From: an uncultured Clostridium sp.
GTDB taxonomy: Bacteria; Bacillota; Clostridia; TANB77; CAG-508
Assembly: GCA_947571115.1 (NCBI GenBank)
Contig: CANOWW010000010.1
Coordinates: 6,142-70,141, forward strand
Length of the DNA: 64,000 nt
Direction of reading: 5' to 3'
Part shown: piece by piece, positions 41,135 to 50,907 of the stretch
How the letters are laid out: every line of letters begins with the position of its first letter
Position numbering within the stretch: position 1 is the stretch's first letter
Translations under genes and position numbers: made by a program
Notes under the pieces: model-generated
What the model was told of the DNA's origin: nothing
What the model saw: only the letters and a program-made list of their open reading frames with translations
Database searches by the model: none

Positions 41135-41414
41135 TTAGCAATAAAATTTTACATCTTCTATTCCAAAATGTTCTTTCCACTCTGATATAATATAAAAATA
41201 ATGATCTCTAATGGCTTTCACTATATTTCTTAAGTCTTTCTCTGGAATTCTACTATTATTATTTGCAACTAAACATCCTCCACTTTTGGTAAGCCATATT
41301 TTCGTTGTATTTGCCATAGGCTGTCCTTTAGCTATATGTACATGAACTGGCTCAAAATTTTCTTTTGACCAAAAATATACTTTATAGCCGTGTTACCTCA
41401 AATATACTAGGCAA
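41135..41414 (-). CDS. DUF4160-family protein; TTG start, intact only with a +1 shift at CGG (41388-41390)
   Basis: Hand translation gives (M)PSIFEVT|GYKVYFWSKENFEPVHVHIAKGQPMANTTKIWL..., which reproduces the MPxI...G-x-x-x-Y-F-x-S-x-E-x-x-E-P-x-H-V-H signature. The listed 60-aa ORF is only its C-terminal two-thirds. Confidence 0.6.
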
Positions 41415-41682
41415 TATTCATTCCTCCTTCTCTAGCCCATTCAAAAAAATCTTGCACTCCTCTTTCTACAACTGTTGTAAACATTTCAATTTCTTTATCT
41501 GTAAAATTTCCTTCTTTTTTTAAAATTTTATAACTTGGTAATTCAAAAATAATTGTATCAAATCCTTTTTCTGTTGGTCTTTCAAAACAGACCCTTATAG
41601 TTTCCTCGCCATTTTCATTTTTTCTTATATCCGAAAATACTACTTCTGTACCATCTGGATACTTACAAAAGTCATGCATCAT
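41407..41682 (-). CDS. hypothetical protein (91 aa)
   Basis: ORF with an AAGGAGG RBS. It overlaps the DUF4160 start by 8 nt, suggesting a coupled pair. Confidence 0.5.
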   Translation of the reverse strand: MMHDFCKYPDGTEVVFSDIRKNENGEETIRVCFERPTEKGFDTIIFELPSYKILKKEGNFTDKEIEMFTTVVERGVQDFFEWAREGGMNIA

Positions 41683-41725
41683 ATTTCTTTTCCTCCTTAT
41701 TTACAAGATATAATTAATTTATTTT

Positions 41726-42280
41726 TTATCTCGTGCTATTGATAATATTTCGCATTTTCTCGAAGTTTTCTTCGATTTCCGGAATATCACTAATCGTTAG
41801 TCCACTTAAGAAACCTTGTGTATAAAAACGAATATCGCCTATTTTGCATATTTTCTGCGAACGTGACTGAAAATACTGCATATCTTTAATGTCATTATAA
41901 GCAACCACAACTTCACGATTGACAAATAAATATTTTGCCTCGTATTTTAATTTTGTCTCATAAAACGTCGTTTTGGTTCCCATTGCTCGCTTTTTATTAA
42001 AAAACATCCAAGCACCAAACACGATTAAGCATAGCAAAATAATCAAAATCGCAACCAACAAACGATAATAACTTAAAGCTGCTAACATTATAATAATCAA
42101 TAATACAATCAGTTCGCCATTTTTTAACAAATTAAACTTCGGAGAATATTTGCGTTTGATACTAAAAATTTCTTGCTCTTTACCAAGTCGCAATTTCTCT
42201 TCTTTTTTATATTTATCATAACAATTTTTGCAAATATCGCCCTCTTTTTTCAGTTCTGCTCCACACATTTTACATCTCAT
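41726..42280 (-). CDS. zinc-ribbon membrane protein with a C-terminal PH-like (bPH/YdbT-like) domain
   Basis: N-terminal CKMCGAELKKEGDICKNC followed by two TM helices. The assignment of the C-terminal soluble domain is tentative. Confidence 0.5.
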   Translation of the reverse strand: MRCKMCGAELKKEGDICKNCYDKYKKEEKLRLGKEQEIFSIKRKYSPKFNLLKNGELIVLLIIIMLAALSYYRLLVAILIILLCLIVFGAWMFFNKKRAMGTKTTFYETKLKYEAKYLFVNREVVVAYNDIKDMQYFQSRSQKICKIGDIRFYTQGFLSGLTISDIPEIEENFEKMRNIINSTR

Positions 42281-42306
42281 ACTTCGCCCTCTTCTCGTTT
42301 TTTGAA

Positions 42307-43324
42307 TTAAAATAATTTTGCTATATCATTAAACGATATATACAAAGATAATAAAATCAAAAAAGTAAATCCAATTGATTGTATTTTTATTTCCCATTCC
42401 TCATCCATTTTTTTCTTCCTGATTGCTTCAATCAAAAGCAACAAAATCTTTCCACCATCTAATGCAGGAATTGGCAAAAGATTTGTCACTCCAAGTGATA
42501 AAGAAATCACAGCTAGCAAATAGACAAATTCATACATTCCATTGGTGTGCACCACCATTTCTGAAATACCAACTGGTCCTGTCATTTGATTTAACGCCAC
42601 ATTTCCCGAAACTAGCATTTTCAAACTATCGCCTATGGAACCAATAAAAGCTACGGTTTCCCAACATCCATAATACAGATTATTTGTCAAACTTTTTTCT
42701 GCCTGCGCCACTTCCACGCCCAAAATATATCTTGTCATTTCGCCATATTGAATTTTAATTGGCGTAACTTCTAATGGTATATTTTCGCCATTTCTATCCA
42801 CTAAAATTGATAGCATCTCGCCTTTTGACTGAAGCAAAATATCATCCACATCGGATTTAATCCTTGTTTTTTTGCCATTGATTTCTAAAATTTTATCGCC
42901 AGCCTGCAACACTGTATTTTCGGAAACGTATTCTGGAATTAGGGTTTGAACAACCGTAGAACGATTAACGCCAGAACCCGCCATAAGCAGAAAATAAACC
43001 AAAATACCAAAAATAATATTAACAATCGCACCTGCTGCCACAATTGCAATTCTATGTGATACTTTTGCCCTGCTAAAAGAGCCTTGCTCTTCGCTACTTT
43101 CTGCTTCTCCGAAGCATATCAACATAACCACCAAACGGAATGGCTCGAATAGAATATTTCGTTTCTCGCCCTTGTTTTGAAAATAGATTAGGTCCAAATC
43201 CTATTGAAAATTCCCTTACCTTTACTCTGCATAATTTCGCTATTAAAAAATGACCACCCTCATGAATAAAAACGAGAAAGCCCAATAAAATCACAACTTT
43301 AATGATACCAATGATAATTTGCAA
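42307..43324 (-). CDS. rseP: RIP metalloprotease RseP/RasP (M50 site-2 protease); intact only with a +1 shift at CGG (43109-43111)
   Basis: The N-terminal ORF carries HEGGHFLIAK. The join reads ...IRAIPFGGYVDML|GEAESSEEQGSFSRAKVSHRIAIVAAGAIVN. A PDZ segment and the C-terminal NLLPIPALDGG motif follow. Confidence 0.85.
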
Positions 43325-43341
43325 AATTTACCTCCCTATTT

Positions 43342-44166
43342 TTATAAGAACATTGTTAATAAAAAATAGGCAAATGGCGCAATAAACATAACGCTGTCAA
43401 TTCTGTCAAGCATGCCACCATGCCCCGGAAATAATTCACTAAAATCTTTTATATCAAAATATCTTTTGATAACCGATGCTGAAAAATCCCCCACTTGACC
43501 AATTACGCTCAAAATCGCAATTAAAATCACAATTGTCCCATATGCCATTTCTGTTCCAAAATACGTATTCATCACAAAAGCACAAATCAGTGCTATTACA
43601 ACACTTCCTATCACGCCACCAACACAACCTTCGATGGTTTTATTTTGACTGACTTTACTAAATTTGTGTTTTCCCCAATTTTTGCCAACAATATAAGCAC
43701 TTGCATCCGTTCCCCAAGCTGCAATGAGCACAAACCAAATCAAAAATTTGCCTGAAATGTTGCCACCCACACCATATAAAATTGGCAAAAATCCAAGAAA
43801 ACCAAGGATATACATAATCCCCATAAAAGAAAAGGCAGCATCCTTAAACGTTACTTTCATATTGGTTACAATGACTGTTAAAAACAGCAAAAACAGCAAA
43901 ATTGGTACACCTAATGTGATAACCGTATTCAAAACATCAGAAGAGACAACGTGAATCAATGCTATTGAAATAGCTGACAAATAGCCAATCCACGAAATAA
44001 ATTTTGCTTCACGCCTGATACATGTTGCATATTCATACATAGCAATCACTGCAATCATTGCAATAATCGTATCTATCACATATACATTTCCTAATATAAT
44101 GAGCAAAATTACCACTGGCAAGCCTACCAATGCTGTTATTAATCTTTTTATATTCATATTATTCAT
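43342..44166 (-). CDS. cdsA: phosphatidate cytidylyltransferase
   Basis: The FPGHGGMLDRIDS signature, a polytopic topology and conserved position next to uppS. Confidence 0.85.
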   Translation of the reverse strand: MNNMNIKRLITALVGLPVVILLIILGNVYVIDTIIAMIAVIAMYEYATCIRREAKFISWIGYLSAISIALIHVVSSDVLNTVITLGVPILLFLLFLTVIVTNMKVTFKDAAFSFMGIMYILGFLGFLPILYGVGGNISGKFLIWFVLIAAWGTDASAYIVGKNWGKHKFSKVSQNKTIEGCVGGVIGSVVIALICAFVMNTYFGTEMAYGTIVILIAILSVIGQVGDFSASVIKRYFDIKDFSELFPGHGGMLDRIDSVMFIAPFAYFLLTMFL

Positions 44167-44198
44167 CCTTTGCTTTTCTATGTATCATAGAAACTTTA

Positions 44199-44903
44199 TC
44201 ATTTTCCTAGATTTCTTTTTCTTTGTTGATAGTTTTGAATTGCGTCGTCTAAGTCTTTTTCTGAAAAATCTGGCCAGTATTTGTCTAAGAATAGAATTTC
44301 TGAGTATGTAGATTGCCACATTAAAAATCCGCTAAGTCGCATCTCGCCACTTGTTCTAACGATTAAATCTGGGTCAGGTTGCCCTGTCGTATACAAATGA
44401 CTTGAAATGGTTTCTTCCGTAATATCATCCGCATTTAATTTCCCACTTTTAACTTCTTCCGAAATTTCTTTGACTGCTTTTATCATTTCTGCCCTGCCGC
44501 CATAATTAAGCGCAATATTGAAAAGAATACCTGTATTGTTTTTCGTTCTCTCAATCGCAGATGCAATTCCCTTTTGCAACTCTTCTGACAACTGGGTCAC
44601 GTCTCCTAAAACTCGTATCACAATATCTTCAGTATCTGCTTCTTTGGTAAAATCATTCAAATAATTTTGCAATAAATTCATTAAGGCATCTACTTCTTCC
44701 TGACTTCTGTGCCAATTTTCGGTTGAAAAAGCATATACCGTCAAATGCTTTATCCCAATTTTATTCGCATATCTAACAATTTTTTTTAACGTTTCAGCCC
44801 CTTGTTTATGCCCCAATTTAATCGGCAACATCTTAGCCTTTGCCCATCTTCGATTGCCATCCATAATTAGCCCAATATGTTTTGGTAAATTCGTAAACTC
44901 CAT
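44199..44903 (-). CDS. uppS: isoprenyl transferase (undecaprenyl diphosphate synthase)
   Basis: Motifs HIGLIMDGNRRWAK, YAFSTENWHRS and RTSGEMRLSGFLMWQSTYSE. Confidence 0.9.
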   Translation of the reverse strand: MEFTNLPKHIGLIMDGNRRWAKAKMLPIKLGHKQGAETLKKIVRYANKIGIKHLTVYAFSTENWHRSQEEVDALMNLLQNYLNDFTKEADTEDIVIRVLGDVTQLSEELQKGIASAIERTKNNTGILFNIALNYGGRAEMIKAVKEISEEVKSGKLNADDITEETISSHLYTTGQPDPDLIVRTSGEMRLSGFLMWQSTYSEILFLDKYWPDFSEKDLDDAIQNYQQRKRNLGK

Positions 44904-44913
44904 ATTTTCCTCC

Positions 44914-45459
44914 TTAAATATTCAAAATCTCTTTTTCCTTATTCTCCAAAATTTTATCAATCTCAGCCACAAATTTATCCGTCAATTTTTGAATATTGTC
45001 TTCTGACTTCGCCTTTTCGTCTTCTGTAATTTCACCATTTTTCAAATCTGCCTTTACTTTTTCCATACCATCTCTACGAATATTGCGAATGCTTACTTTG
45101 GTCTCTTCTGCCATCTTCTTAATCTCTTTTACCAATTCTTTTCTTCTTTCCTCTGTTAGTTCTGGGAAATTCAAACGAATAACTTTACCATCGTTGTTTG
45201 GATTCAAGCCAATATCGGATGCCAAAATTGCCTTTTCAATCTCCTTCAAAGTACTCATATCCCAAGGTTGAATCACAATCATTCTTGCCTCTGGAACTGA
45301 AATTCCAGCCATTTGGCTAATCGGCGTTTGTACGCCATAATACTCCACAGACACTTTATTCAGTATCGCCGGATTGGCACGACCAGCACGCACCTCCGAA
45401 AAACTCTCTTGTAATTTATCCAATGTTTTTTGCATTTTTGTTTCTAATTCATTCATCAT
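44914..45459 (-). CDS. frr: ribosome recycling factor
   Basis: Motifs RAGRANPAILNKV, IQPWD and IRNIRRD. The start at ATG 45459 follows AGAAAGGAAG. Confidence 0.9.
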   Translation of the reverse strand: MMNELETKMQKTLDKLQESFSEVRAGRANPAILNKVSVEYYGVQTPISQMAGISVPEARMIVIQPWDMSTLKEIEKAILASDIGLNPNNDGKVIRLNFPELTEERRKELVKEIKKMAEETKVSIRNIRRDGMEKVKADLKNGEITEDEKAKSEDNIQKLTDKFVAEIDKILENKEKEILNI

Positions 45460-45472
45460 TTTTCTTCCTTTC

Positions 45473-46177
45473 TTATTTGACAATCGTTCCTACTTTTTCC
45501 CCTTGCAAAATCTTCACAATATTACTTGGGTCACTAATCGCGAATACTTGCAACGGTATTTTGTTATCTTTGCACAACGAAGTCGCCGTCGCATCCATTA
45601 ACTTCAAATCTTGGTTCAAAATTTCCATATAGGAAATTTCATCATATTTCACAGCATTTGGGTCTACTTTTGGGTCTGCTGAATAAATGCCATCAATTGT
45701 TTTCGCAAATAAAATCACTTCTGAATCGGTTTCCGCAGCTCGAAGCGCAGCAGCTGTATCTGTTGAGAAAAACGGATTTCCTGTTCCACAAGCAAAAATA
45801 ACCACTCTTCCTTTTGACAAATGTTTTGCCGCTTTTCGCTTAATATATGGTTCCGCAATTTGGCGCATCTCAATCGCTGTTTGCAAACGCGTATAAATTC
45901 CTCTTGCTTCCAAAGCATCCTGCAAAGCCAAACCATTCATAGCAGTTGCCAACATGCCCATATAATCGGCTGTGGTTCGCTCCATTTTATGTCCATTTCT
46001 AGCACCTCTCCAAAAATTTCCACCGCCAACTACAATCGACATTTCTACTCCCATATCCAAAGCAATTTTAATTTGGTCACAAATCGCGCCCACCACATCT
46101 GGGTCAATTCCATGCCCCGCATCTCCTGACATTGCTTCTCCACTTAACTTTAGTAACACTCTTTTATAGGCTAACAT
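45473..46177 (-). CDS. pyrH: UMP kinase
   Basis: Motifs [22 protein letters not shown] and [20 protein letters not shown]. Confidence 0.9.
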   Translation of the reverse strand: MLAYKRVLLKLSGEAMSGDAGHGIDPDVVGAICDQIKIALDMGVEMSIVVGGGNFWRGARNGHKMERTTADYMGMLATAMNGLALQDALEARGIYTRLQTAIEMRQIAEPYIKRKAAKHLSKGRVVIFACGTGNPFFSTDTAAALRAAETDSEVILFAKTIDGIYSADPKVDPNAVKYDEISYMEILNQDLKLMDATATSLCKDNKIPLQVFAISDPSNIVKILQGEKVGTIVK

Positions 46178-46380
46178 ATTTTTTCTCCTTTTATGATATT
46201 TAGTTTATGTTATTGTATCACAAATTATAAATTTTTCCATAGTTTTTTGTAATTTTTTATTTTATTTTTTATAAATTTTGTAAAATTGACTTTACGTTTT
46301 GTATTTTTTCTATTTTTTGTAAAATTCATTTTACAAATTCGTCAAAAATTGCAGTTTTATAAAATATATTTTACAAAATT

Positions 46381-46821
46381 TCACTTTTCTAATAAAATCG
46401 TCACAGGCCCATCATTCACAAGACTTACCTGCATATTCGCTCCAAAAATTCCCTTTTGAACTTTGATTGAATGCTCCTCTTCGCATTTCTTGCAAAAATA
46501 TTCGTATAATTCATTGGCAAATTCTGGCTTGGCAGCCCCTGTAAAAGATGGACGGTTCCCATTTTTGCAGTCTCCATATAACGTAAATTGCGAAACGAGA
46601 AGCAATTCTCCTGCCACATCCTTCAAACTTAAATTCATTTTTTCATTTTCGTCTTCAAAAACTCTCAAATGGCACAATTTTTTTGCCAAATAATCAGCAA
46701 TTTCAATAGTATCTATATGTGTCACTCCAATCAAAACAAGAAAACCTTTTCCAATTTCTCCCACAATCTTGCCCTCAACTTCAACTTTTGCATTTTTTAC
46801 CCTTTGCACAACTAATTTCAT
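46381..46821 (-). CDS. dtd: D-aminoacyl-tRNA deacylase
   Basis: Motifs [23 protein letters not shown] and RPSF. 146 aa. Confidence 0.85.
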   Translation of the reverse strand: MKLVVQRVKNAKVEVEGKIVGEIGKGFLVLIGVTHIDTIEIADYLAKKLCHLRVFEDENEKMNLSLKDVAGELLLVSQFTLYGDCKNGNRPSFTGAAKPEFANELYEYFCKKCEEEHSIKVQKGIFGANMQVSLVNDGPVTILLEK

Positions 46822-46899
46822 TTCTCTCCACCTTTTATTTTTTTACCATAATACTATTTTATCCTAAAAAAGTCAATTGACAATACACAAATAAAAACT

Positions 46900-46924
46900 A
46901 AAACAAGGCAAAAGCCTTGTTTTT
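46900..46924. terminator. orphaned rnj terminator (bidirectional hairpin ACAAGGCaaaaGCCTTGT)
   Basis: It sits just left of the left att repeat. On the minus strand it would directly follow the reconstructed ancestral rnj stop codon. Confidence 0.6.
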
Positions 46925-46936
46925 AAGCTATATTTC

Positions 46937-46960
46937 CTATACTTCCATAATAATCGGCAA
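46937..46960. repeat. attL-like direct repeat
   Basis: CTATACTTCCATAATAATCGGCAA: 20 of 20 core identity and 23 of 24 overall with 59631-59654. On the minus strand it encodes LPIIMEV-stop, a spare rnj 3' end. Confidence 0.85.
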
Positions 46961-47114
46961 TATAAATTTTGATTTTTATGTCCCCTTATATTTCGTCCTT
47001 GTGTAGGACGAAATACTTTATTTTCAACGTTTTGCTGTTTTTAGTCAACTTTTTCTAACTCACCAAAAACTCCTCCGTGGGTAACACGTTGCCTACAAAC
47101 ATTTATTTTGTAGA

Positions 47115-47522
47115 TTAATTGCCTATTTTTTCATTTATGTATTTTTCTACTAATATAATAAGTTCTCTTGCTGTATCAATTTGTTGTTCTGTTTTTTCAG
47201 CAGATGGTTCGTATTTATCGTCATAATCACTTTTCTCTCTAACATATTGTGCTTGAGATATTTTTCTACCTATTTTTTTCGGAAAAACTTCTGTATGAAC
47301 ATAGTATTGGTTAAAATAAGCGATAACATCTTTATGTTTTTTAAAATCTTTTTCTTCTAATGCTAGTACCGCTCTTATGGCATAAAAAATTGCGTAATAA
47401 GCTCTATTGTTTGCACTTGCGTAATCTTTTAAGTCTTTCAAATTATGTTCTGCTGTATCTAAAACTTGTTTTGCTTTCTCTAATCGATATAATGCAAAAC
47501 TTTCTATTGTTTCATTATCCAT
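47115..47522 (-). CDS. HEPN-domain protein (toxin of a HEPN/MNT pair)
   Basis: A 135-aa helical protein. ANNRAYYAIFYAIRAVLALEEKDFKKHKDVIAYF is typical of HEPN. It overlaps the upstream MNT gene by 8 nt. Confidence 0.7.
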   Translation of the reverse strand: MDNETIESFALYRLEKAKQVLDTAEHNLKDLKDYASANNRAYYAIFYAIRAVLALEEKDFKKHKDVIAYFNQYYVHTEVFPKKIGRKISQAQYVREKSDYDDKYEPSAEKTEQQIDTARELIILVEKYINEKIGN

Positions 47523-47874
47523 TTAACACAACACCGTCCTTTTGCACATTTTTATAAAATGGCATAAAACTTATTCTTGTATTATATTTATCAATATTTC
47601 TTATACTTGGAGATAAATGAATTGTAAAATTATTATCACATTCTAAATCATAAGCAAAATCCCATATTTTAGTTTCATATTCTTCTATTTTCTCATCTAC
47701 TAAATCTGTCAAAATCATAATGTCAATATCTGACCCCTCGTTATAATCCCCTCTGGCATACGAACCATACAATATGATTTTCTTAACGCGGTCGCCTAAT
47801 ATCTCATTTGCTCCTTTTACAAATTCATCAATAATCTTGTTTATATTCTCTGGTATATTGGGCATTTTCTTCAC
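47515..47874 (-). CDS. minimal nucleotidyltransferase (MNT antitoxin-type)
   Basis: ILYGSYARGDYNEGSDIDIMILTD is the GS-x(n)-D-x-D polymerase-beta NTase motif. Confidence 0.8.
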   Translation of the reverse strand: MKKMPNIPENINKIIDEFVKGANEILGDRVKKIILYGSYARGDYNEGSDIDIMILTDLVDEKIEEYETKIWDFAYDLECDNNFTIHLSPSIRNIDKYNTRISFMPFYKNVQKDGVVLNG

Positions 47875-47955
47875 CTCTCTTTTTTATAATACTATTATAA
47901 CACATTTTTTTAACAAATTTCAACTTTTATCACAAAATATTTTCTAAGCCTTAAA

Positions 47956-48570
47956 TCATACAGCCTTTACATTCTCAAAATCTTTCACAAACATATAAAA
48001 TTTACCTCGTTTCAAGCCCATTTTCTCCATTGTTGCCTTAGCTGTCTGTTCTCCTGCTTTCCAAAGTGAATATTCTTCTTCAAAACTCTCTGGCAATTCA
48101 ATTTTAGGACGACCGAACTTTTTGCCTTTTCCTTTGGCTGCTGCAATTCCCTCGGCTTGTCTGCTTTTGATATTTTTCCTTTCTTGCTCTGCCATAAAAG
48201 ATAAAACTTGCAAAACCAAATCAGCGATAAACGTTCCCATTGTATCTTTGTATTGCCTAGTATCTAACATTGGCATATCTAGCACTACAATATCTGTTTT
48301 TAAATCTTGCGTAATTTCTCGCCATTCCTCTTGAATCTGTTTATAGTTTCTTCCTAATCGGTCAATCGACTTAATCACTAAAACATTGTTCTTGGTTCTC
48401 GACAACAACATTTTTACTAATTTATATTTCTCTCTGTCAAAATCTTTGCCACTTTTCTTGTCTATAAAAATATTATTGTCTGGAACTCCAAACTCTTTGA
48501 AAGCCTCAATTTGTCTGTTCTCGTTTTGGTCTTTTGTACTCACTCTTGCATAACCATATATATTTTCCAT
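47956..48570 (-). CDS. small serine recombinase (resolvase/invertase family)
   Basis: IYGYARVSTKDQNENRQ catalytic-serine motif, SIDRLGRN, and a C-terminal HTH. The start at ATG 48570 follows GGAGGTG. Confidence 0.85.
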   Translation of the reverse strand: MENIYGYARVSTKDQNENRQIEAFKEFGVPDNNIFIDKKSGKDFDREKYKLVKMLLSRTKNNVLVIKSIDRLGRNYKQIQEEWREITQDLKTDIVVLDMPMLDTRQYKDTMGTFIADLVLQVLSFMAEQERKNIKSRQAEGIAAAKGKGKKFGRPKIELPESFEEEYSLWKAGEQTAKATMEKMGLKRGKFYMFVKDFENVKAV

Positions 48571-48632
48571 AATACACCTCCAATTTGTGTCTGTTTTAAC
48601 ATATTGTGATTTTATTAGCAATAGATGTGTAT

Positions 48633-48686
48633 AAAAAAGTTATAAAACTTTTTGAACATAACCAAAAATTGTTTTATAACTTTTTT
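48633..48686. repeat. perfect 16-bp inverted repeat (AAAAAAGTTATAAAAC / GTTTTATAACTTTTTT) with a 22-bp spacer, upstream of the recombinase
   Basis: Seen directly in the sequence. It could be a terminator for the upstream gene or a recombinase/regulator site. Confidence 0.6.
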
Positions 48687-48761
48687 AAACATATATTTAA
48701 CTATTTTTTGACTGACCATAAATGTATACTTTTTTGGATATAGAAGTACATACCAATTATT

Positions 48762-49139
48762 TTACATTGAATAAAACATTACTTCACCCATAATTACGAT
48801 ACCAAAACTTAATATTGATATTATTAAGCCTACGATTGTTAATATAAGACCTGCTGTTACCAGTCCGCTTTTTTCATTATGTAATTTTAGTTCCTTTTTT
48901 GCTTTGATAGCAACAACAAAAGAAATTATTGCAAATATTAACCCTACTATTGGTATCAGTCCAATTAATAAAGAACATAAACCTAATATCAAACTTATTA
49001 TATAAATTCCTTTTGCATTTGTTTTTGCTGTACCATTACTATTTAAAATTTTATGCTTTTCGATTTCAAATTCTGATTCAGAAATACTCCCATTTTCCTT
49101 TAATTTTTGTATTCTTTGTAAATCTTCAAATCTTCCCAT
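48762..49139 (-). CDS. SHOCT-domain membrane protein (N-terminal SHOCT, C-terminal DUF4190-like 3-TM region)
   Basis: FEDLQRIQKLKENGSISESEFEIEKHKIL matches the SHOCT motif. The remainder is hydrophobic. Confidence 0.6.
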   Translation of the reverse strand: MGRFEDLQRIQKLKENGSISESEFEIEKHKILNSNGTAKTNAKGIYIISLILGLCSLLIGLIPIVGLIFAIISFVVAIKAKKELKLHNEKSGLVTAGLILTIVGLIISILSFGIVIMGEVMFYSM

Positions 49140-49167
49140 TTTACCTCTCCTTTTATAAATTTACTTA

Positions 49168-49425
49168 TTAAGATTTTTTTAAACGAGATATAATCATTCT
49201 CCATACAACAGTTATTAAAAATATAACTATAACACCAATAAAAATTTGATTTTTAGCTTCTAAACGCAGTTGAACATAATAATCTGTAACGCCACTAGCA
49301 CGAAAGTACTCTCCTGCTCCATTAAGTACATATATTATTAAGCAAAACATTATACAACCATAAACAACATTTATAATTCTAGTTTTCTTTTCTTTTAATT
49401 CTTCAAATTCTTCAAATTTTTCCAT
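49168..49425 (-). CDS. small 2-TM membrane protein (85 aa)
   Basis: An ORF with two hydrophobic helices, lying between the two SHOCT proteins. Confidence 0.5.
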   Translation of the reverse strand: MEKFEEFEELKEKKTRIINVVYGCIMFCLIIYVLNGAGEYFRASGVTDYYVQLRLEAKNQIFIGVIVIFLITVVWRMIISRLKKS

Positions 49426-49436
49426 ATTATTTCTCC

Positions 49437-49769
49437 TTATCTTAATAATTTTTGTTTTTCAATTTCAAACTCACTTTCAGAAATTACTCCATTTTCTTTC
49501 AAGTTTTGTAATTTTTCTAAATCTTCATATTTGTTACTGTTTGTATTATTGGTTTCATTATGGCTAGTATCTATACAAGCCCAAACAATACATACTAACC
49601 AAGCCAATAATGTCCAACCAAACAAAAGATTTATTATCAAAATGACTACAAAATTAGAATGGTCTTTTTTTGCTGCTATATATGTTGGCAAAAAATATAT
49701 AAATGCACCTAAAACAACACCTATAATAAACAGCAGAACAAGCAATATTCCTATAATTACTTCTGACAT
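49437..49769 (-). CDS. superinfection-immunity-family membrane protein with a C-terminal SHOCT domain
   Basis: YFLPTYIAAKKDHSNFVVILIINLLFGWTLLAWLVCIVWA fits the Imm_superinfect family. The C-terminus YEDLEKLQNLKENGVISESEFEIEKQKLL is SHOCT. Confidence 0.6.
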   Translation of the reverse strand: MSEVIIGILLVLLFIIGVVLGAFIYFLPTYIAAKKDHSNFVVILIINLLFGWTLLAWLVCIVWACIDTSHNETNNTNSNKYEDLEKLQNLKENGVISESEFEIEKQKLLR

Positions 49770-49969
49770 TTCTTTTTCACCCCCAAACTAAATTTATTAT
49801 TCAAAGTTCCTTTTGTATTATTTTCAATTATTTCCGACAATATTTGACATTATCTGCTTACATTATAAAACAAAAATTACTACTTGTAAAGTACTACTCT
49901 ATAATATATTAAAATTAATTACTCTTTATAATAGAATTCCTTTAAGATGATTAAAGGAGAGTGATTTTT

Positions 49970-50215
49970 ATGTTAGAAAAAGAATTATTTGAATACAAAG
50001 ACTACGGTCATGTACATATTAAATTAGACCAACTAATGACAGAAAAACAAATTACAACTTATAAATTAAGTAGCAAAGCCAACATACGATTTCAAACAAT
50101 ACAAAACCTTAGAAAAGAAAGTCCAACTCGTATTGATTTGGAAGTCCTTGCTAAAATCTGTTATATGTTAGATTGTAAGATTCAAGATATAATCGAATAT
50201 CTGCCTAGTAAATAA
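49970..50215 (+). CDS. XRE-family HTH transcriptional regulator
   Basis: KLDQLMTEKQITTYKLSSKANIRFQTIQNLRKE...LEVLAKICYMLDCKIQDIIEY is a typical Cro/C1 HTH. ATG 49970 follows AAAGGAGAG. Confidence 0.7.
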   Translation: MLEKELFEYKDYGHVHIKLDQLMTEKQITTYKLSSKANIRFQTIQNLRKESPTRIDLEVLAKICYMLDCKIQDIIEYLPSK

Positions 50216-50256
50216 ATTTGAAACAGCTACTATTGATTACAGTAGCTGTTTATTCG

Positions 50257-50631
50257 TTATTTTTTATCTTTTGCACTTTTACAACTTTTGATTTCTCTGT
50301 CTAACTCCGCAGAAATTAAAACCCCAAATATAAAATTCTGTCGTTCCATTTCAATTTCCATTTTACTGGTTAAATCGCAATATTCCTCGAACAAATCTAT
50401 TTGCTCTTGTGTCCAACCTTTTTGCAATTCATCGAATATTTTATCTTGTCTTCTTCGTAATGCTTCAGATTTTGGACTTTCCATACAGACATCTTCTTTT
50501 AACCTATCATAAATTACAGATAACAAAGGAACGTTGCTTAAATCTATATGCTTATGTACGTCTGTTTTTTCAAACACCTCATCAAAAAACTTGGCATATT
50601 CTTGTTGCAATTTCTTTTCTTCATTTTCCAT
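50257..50631 (-). CDS. hypothetical protein (124 aa)
   Basis: ORF in an operon-like array. No family recognised. Confidence 0.5.
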   Translation of the reverse strand: MENEEKKLQQEYAKFFDEVFEKTDVHKHIDLSNVPLLSVIYDRLKEDVCMESPKSEALRRRQDKIFDELQKGWTQEQIDLFEEYCDLTSKMEIEMERQNFIFGVLISAELDREIKSCKSAKDKK

Positions 50632-50634
50632 TTT

Positions 50635-50907
50635 TTACCTCCCTATTGATACTGTTATATCATATACAATTTTTTCATTCTCTCGATAGTAACTTTCTAA
50701 TTCTTCGACTTCAGCTAATTTCGTTTTGAATCCAAATAGAAAACCATACCCCACTACACCATACTTCGGCGATTGCACTCCTAAATATTGTATTGATGTT
50801 ATTTTACCAATTTTATTGATTAGCTCTCCTATATGTTCAATTATATGCTTGATTTCTTCATCACTAACATTTGGACTAATAACAATTAAACTTTCGCATT
50901 TATTCAT
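50635..50907 (-). CDS. hypothetical protein (90 aa)
   Basis: ORF 3 nt upstream of the next gene. It overlaps the DUF3560 gene by 8 nt. Confidence 0.5.
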   Translation of the reverse strand: MNKCESLIVISPNVSDEEIKHIIEHIGELINKIGKITSIQYLGVQSPKYGVVGYGFLFGFKTKLAEVEELESYYRENEKIVYDITVSIGR

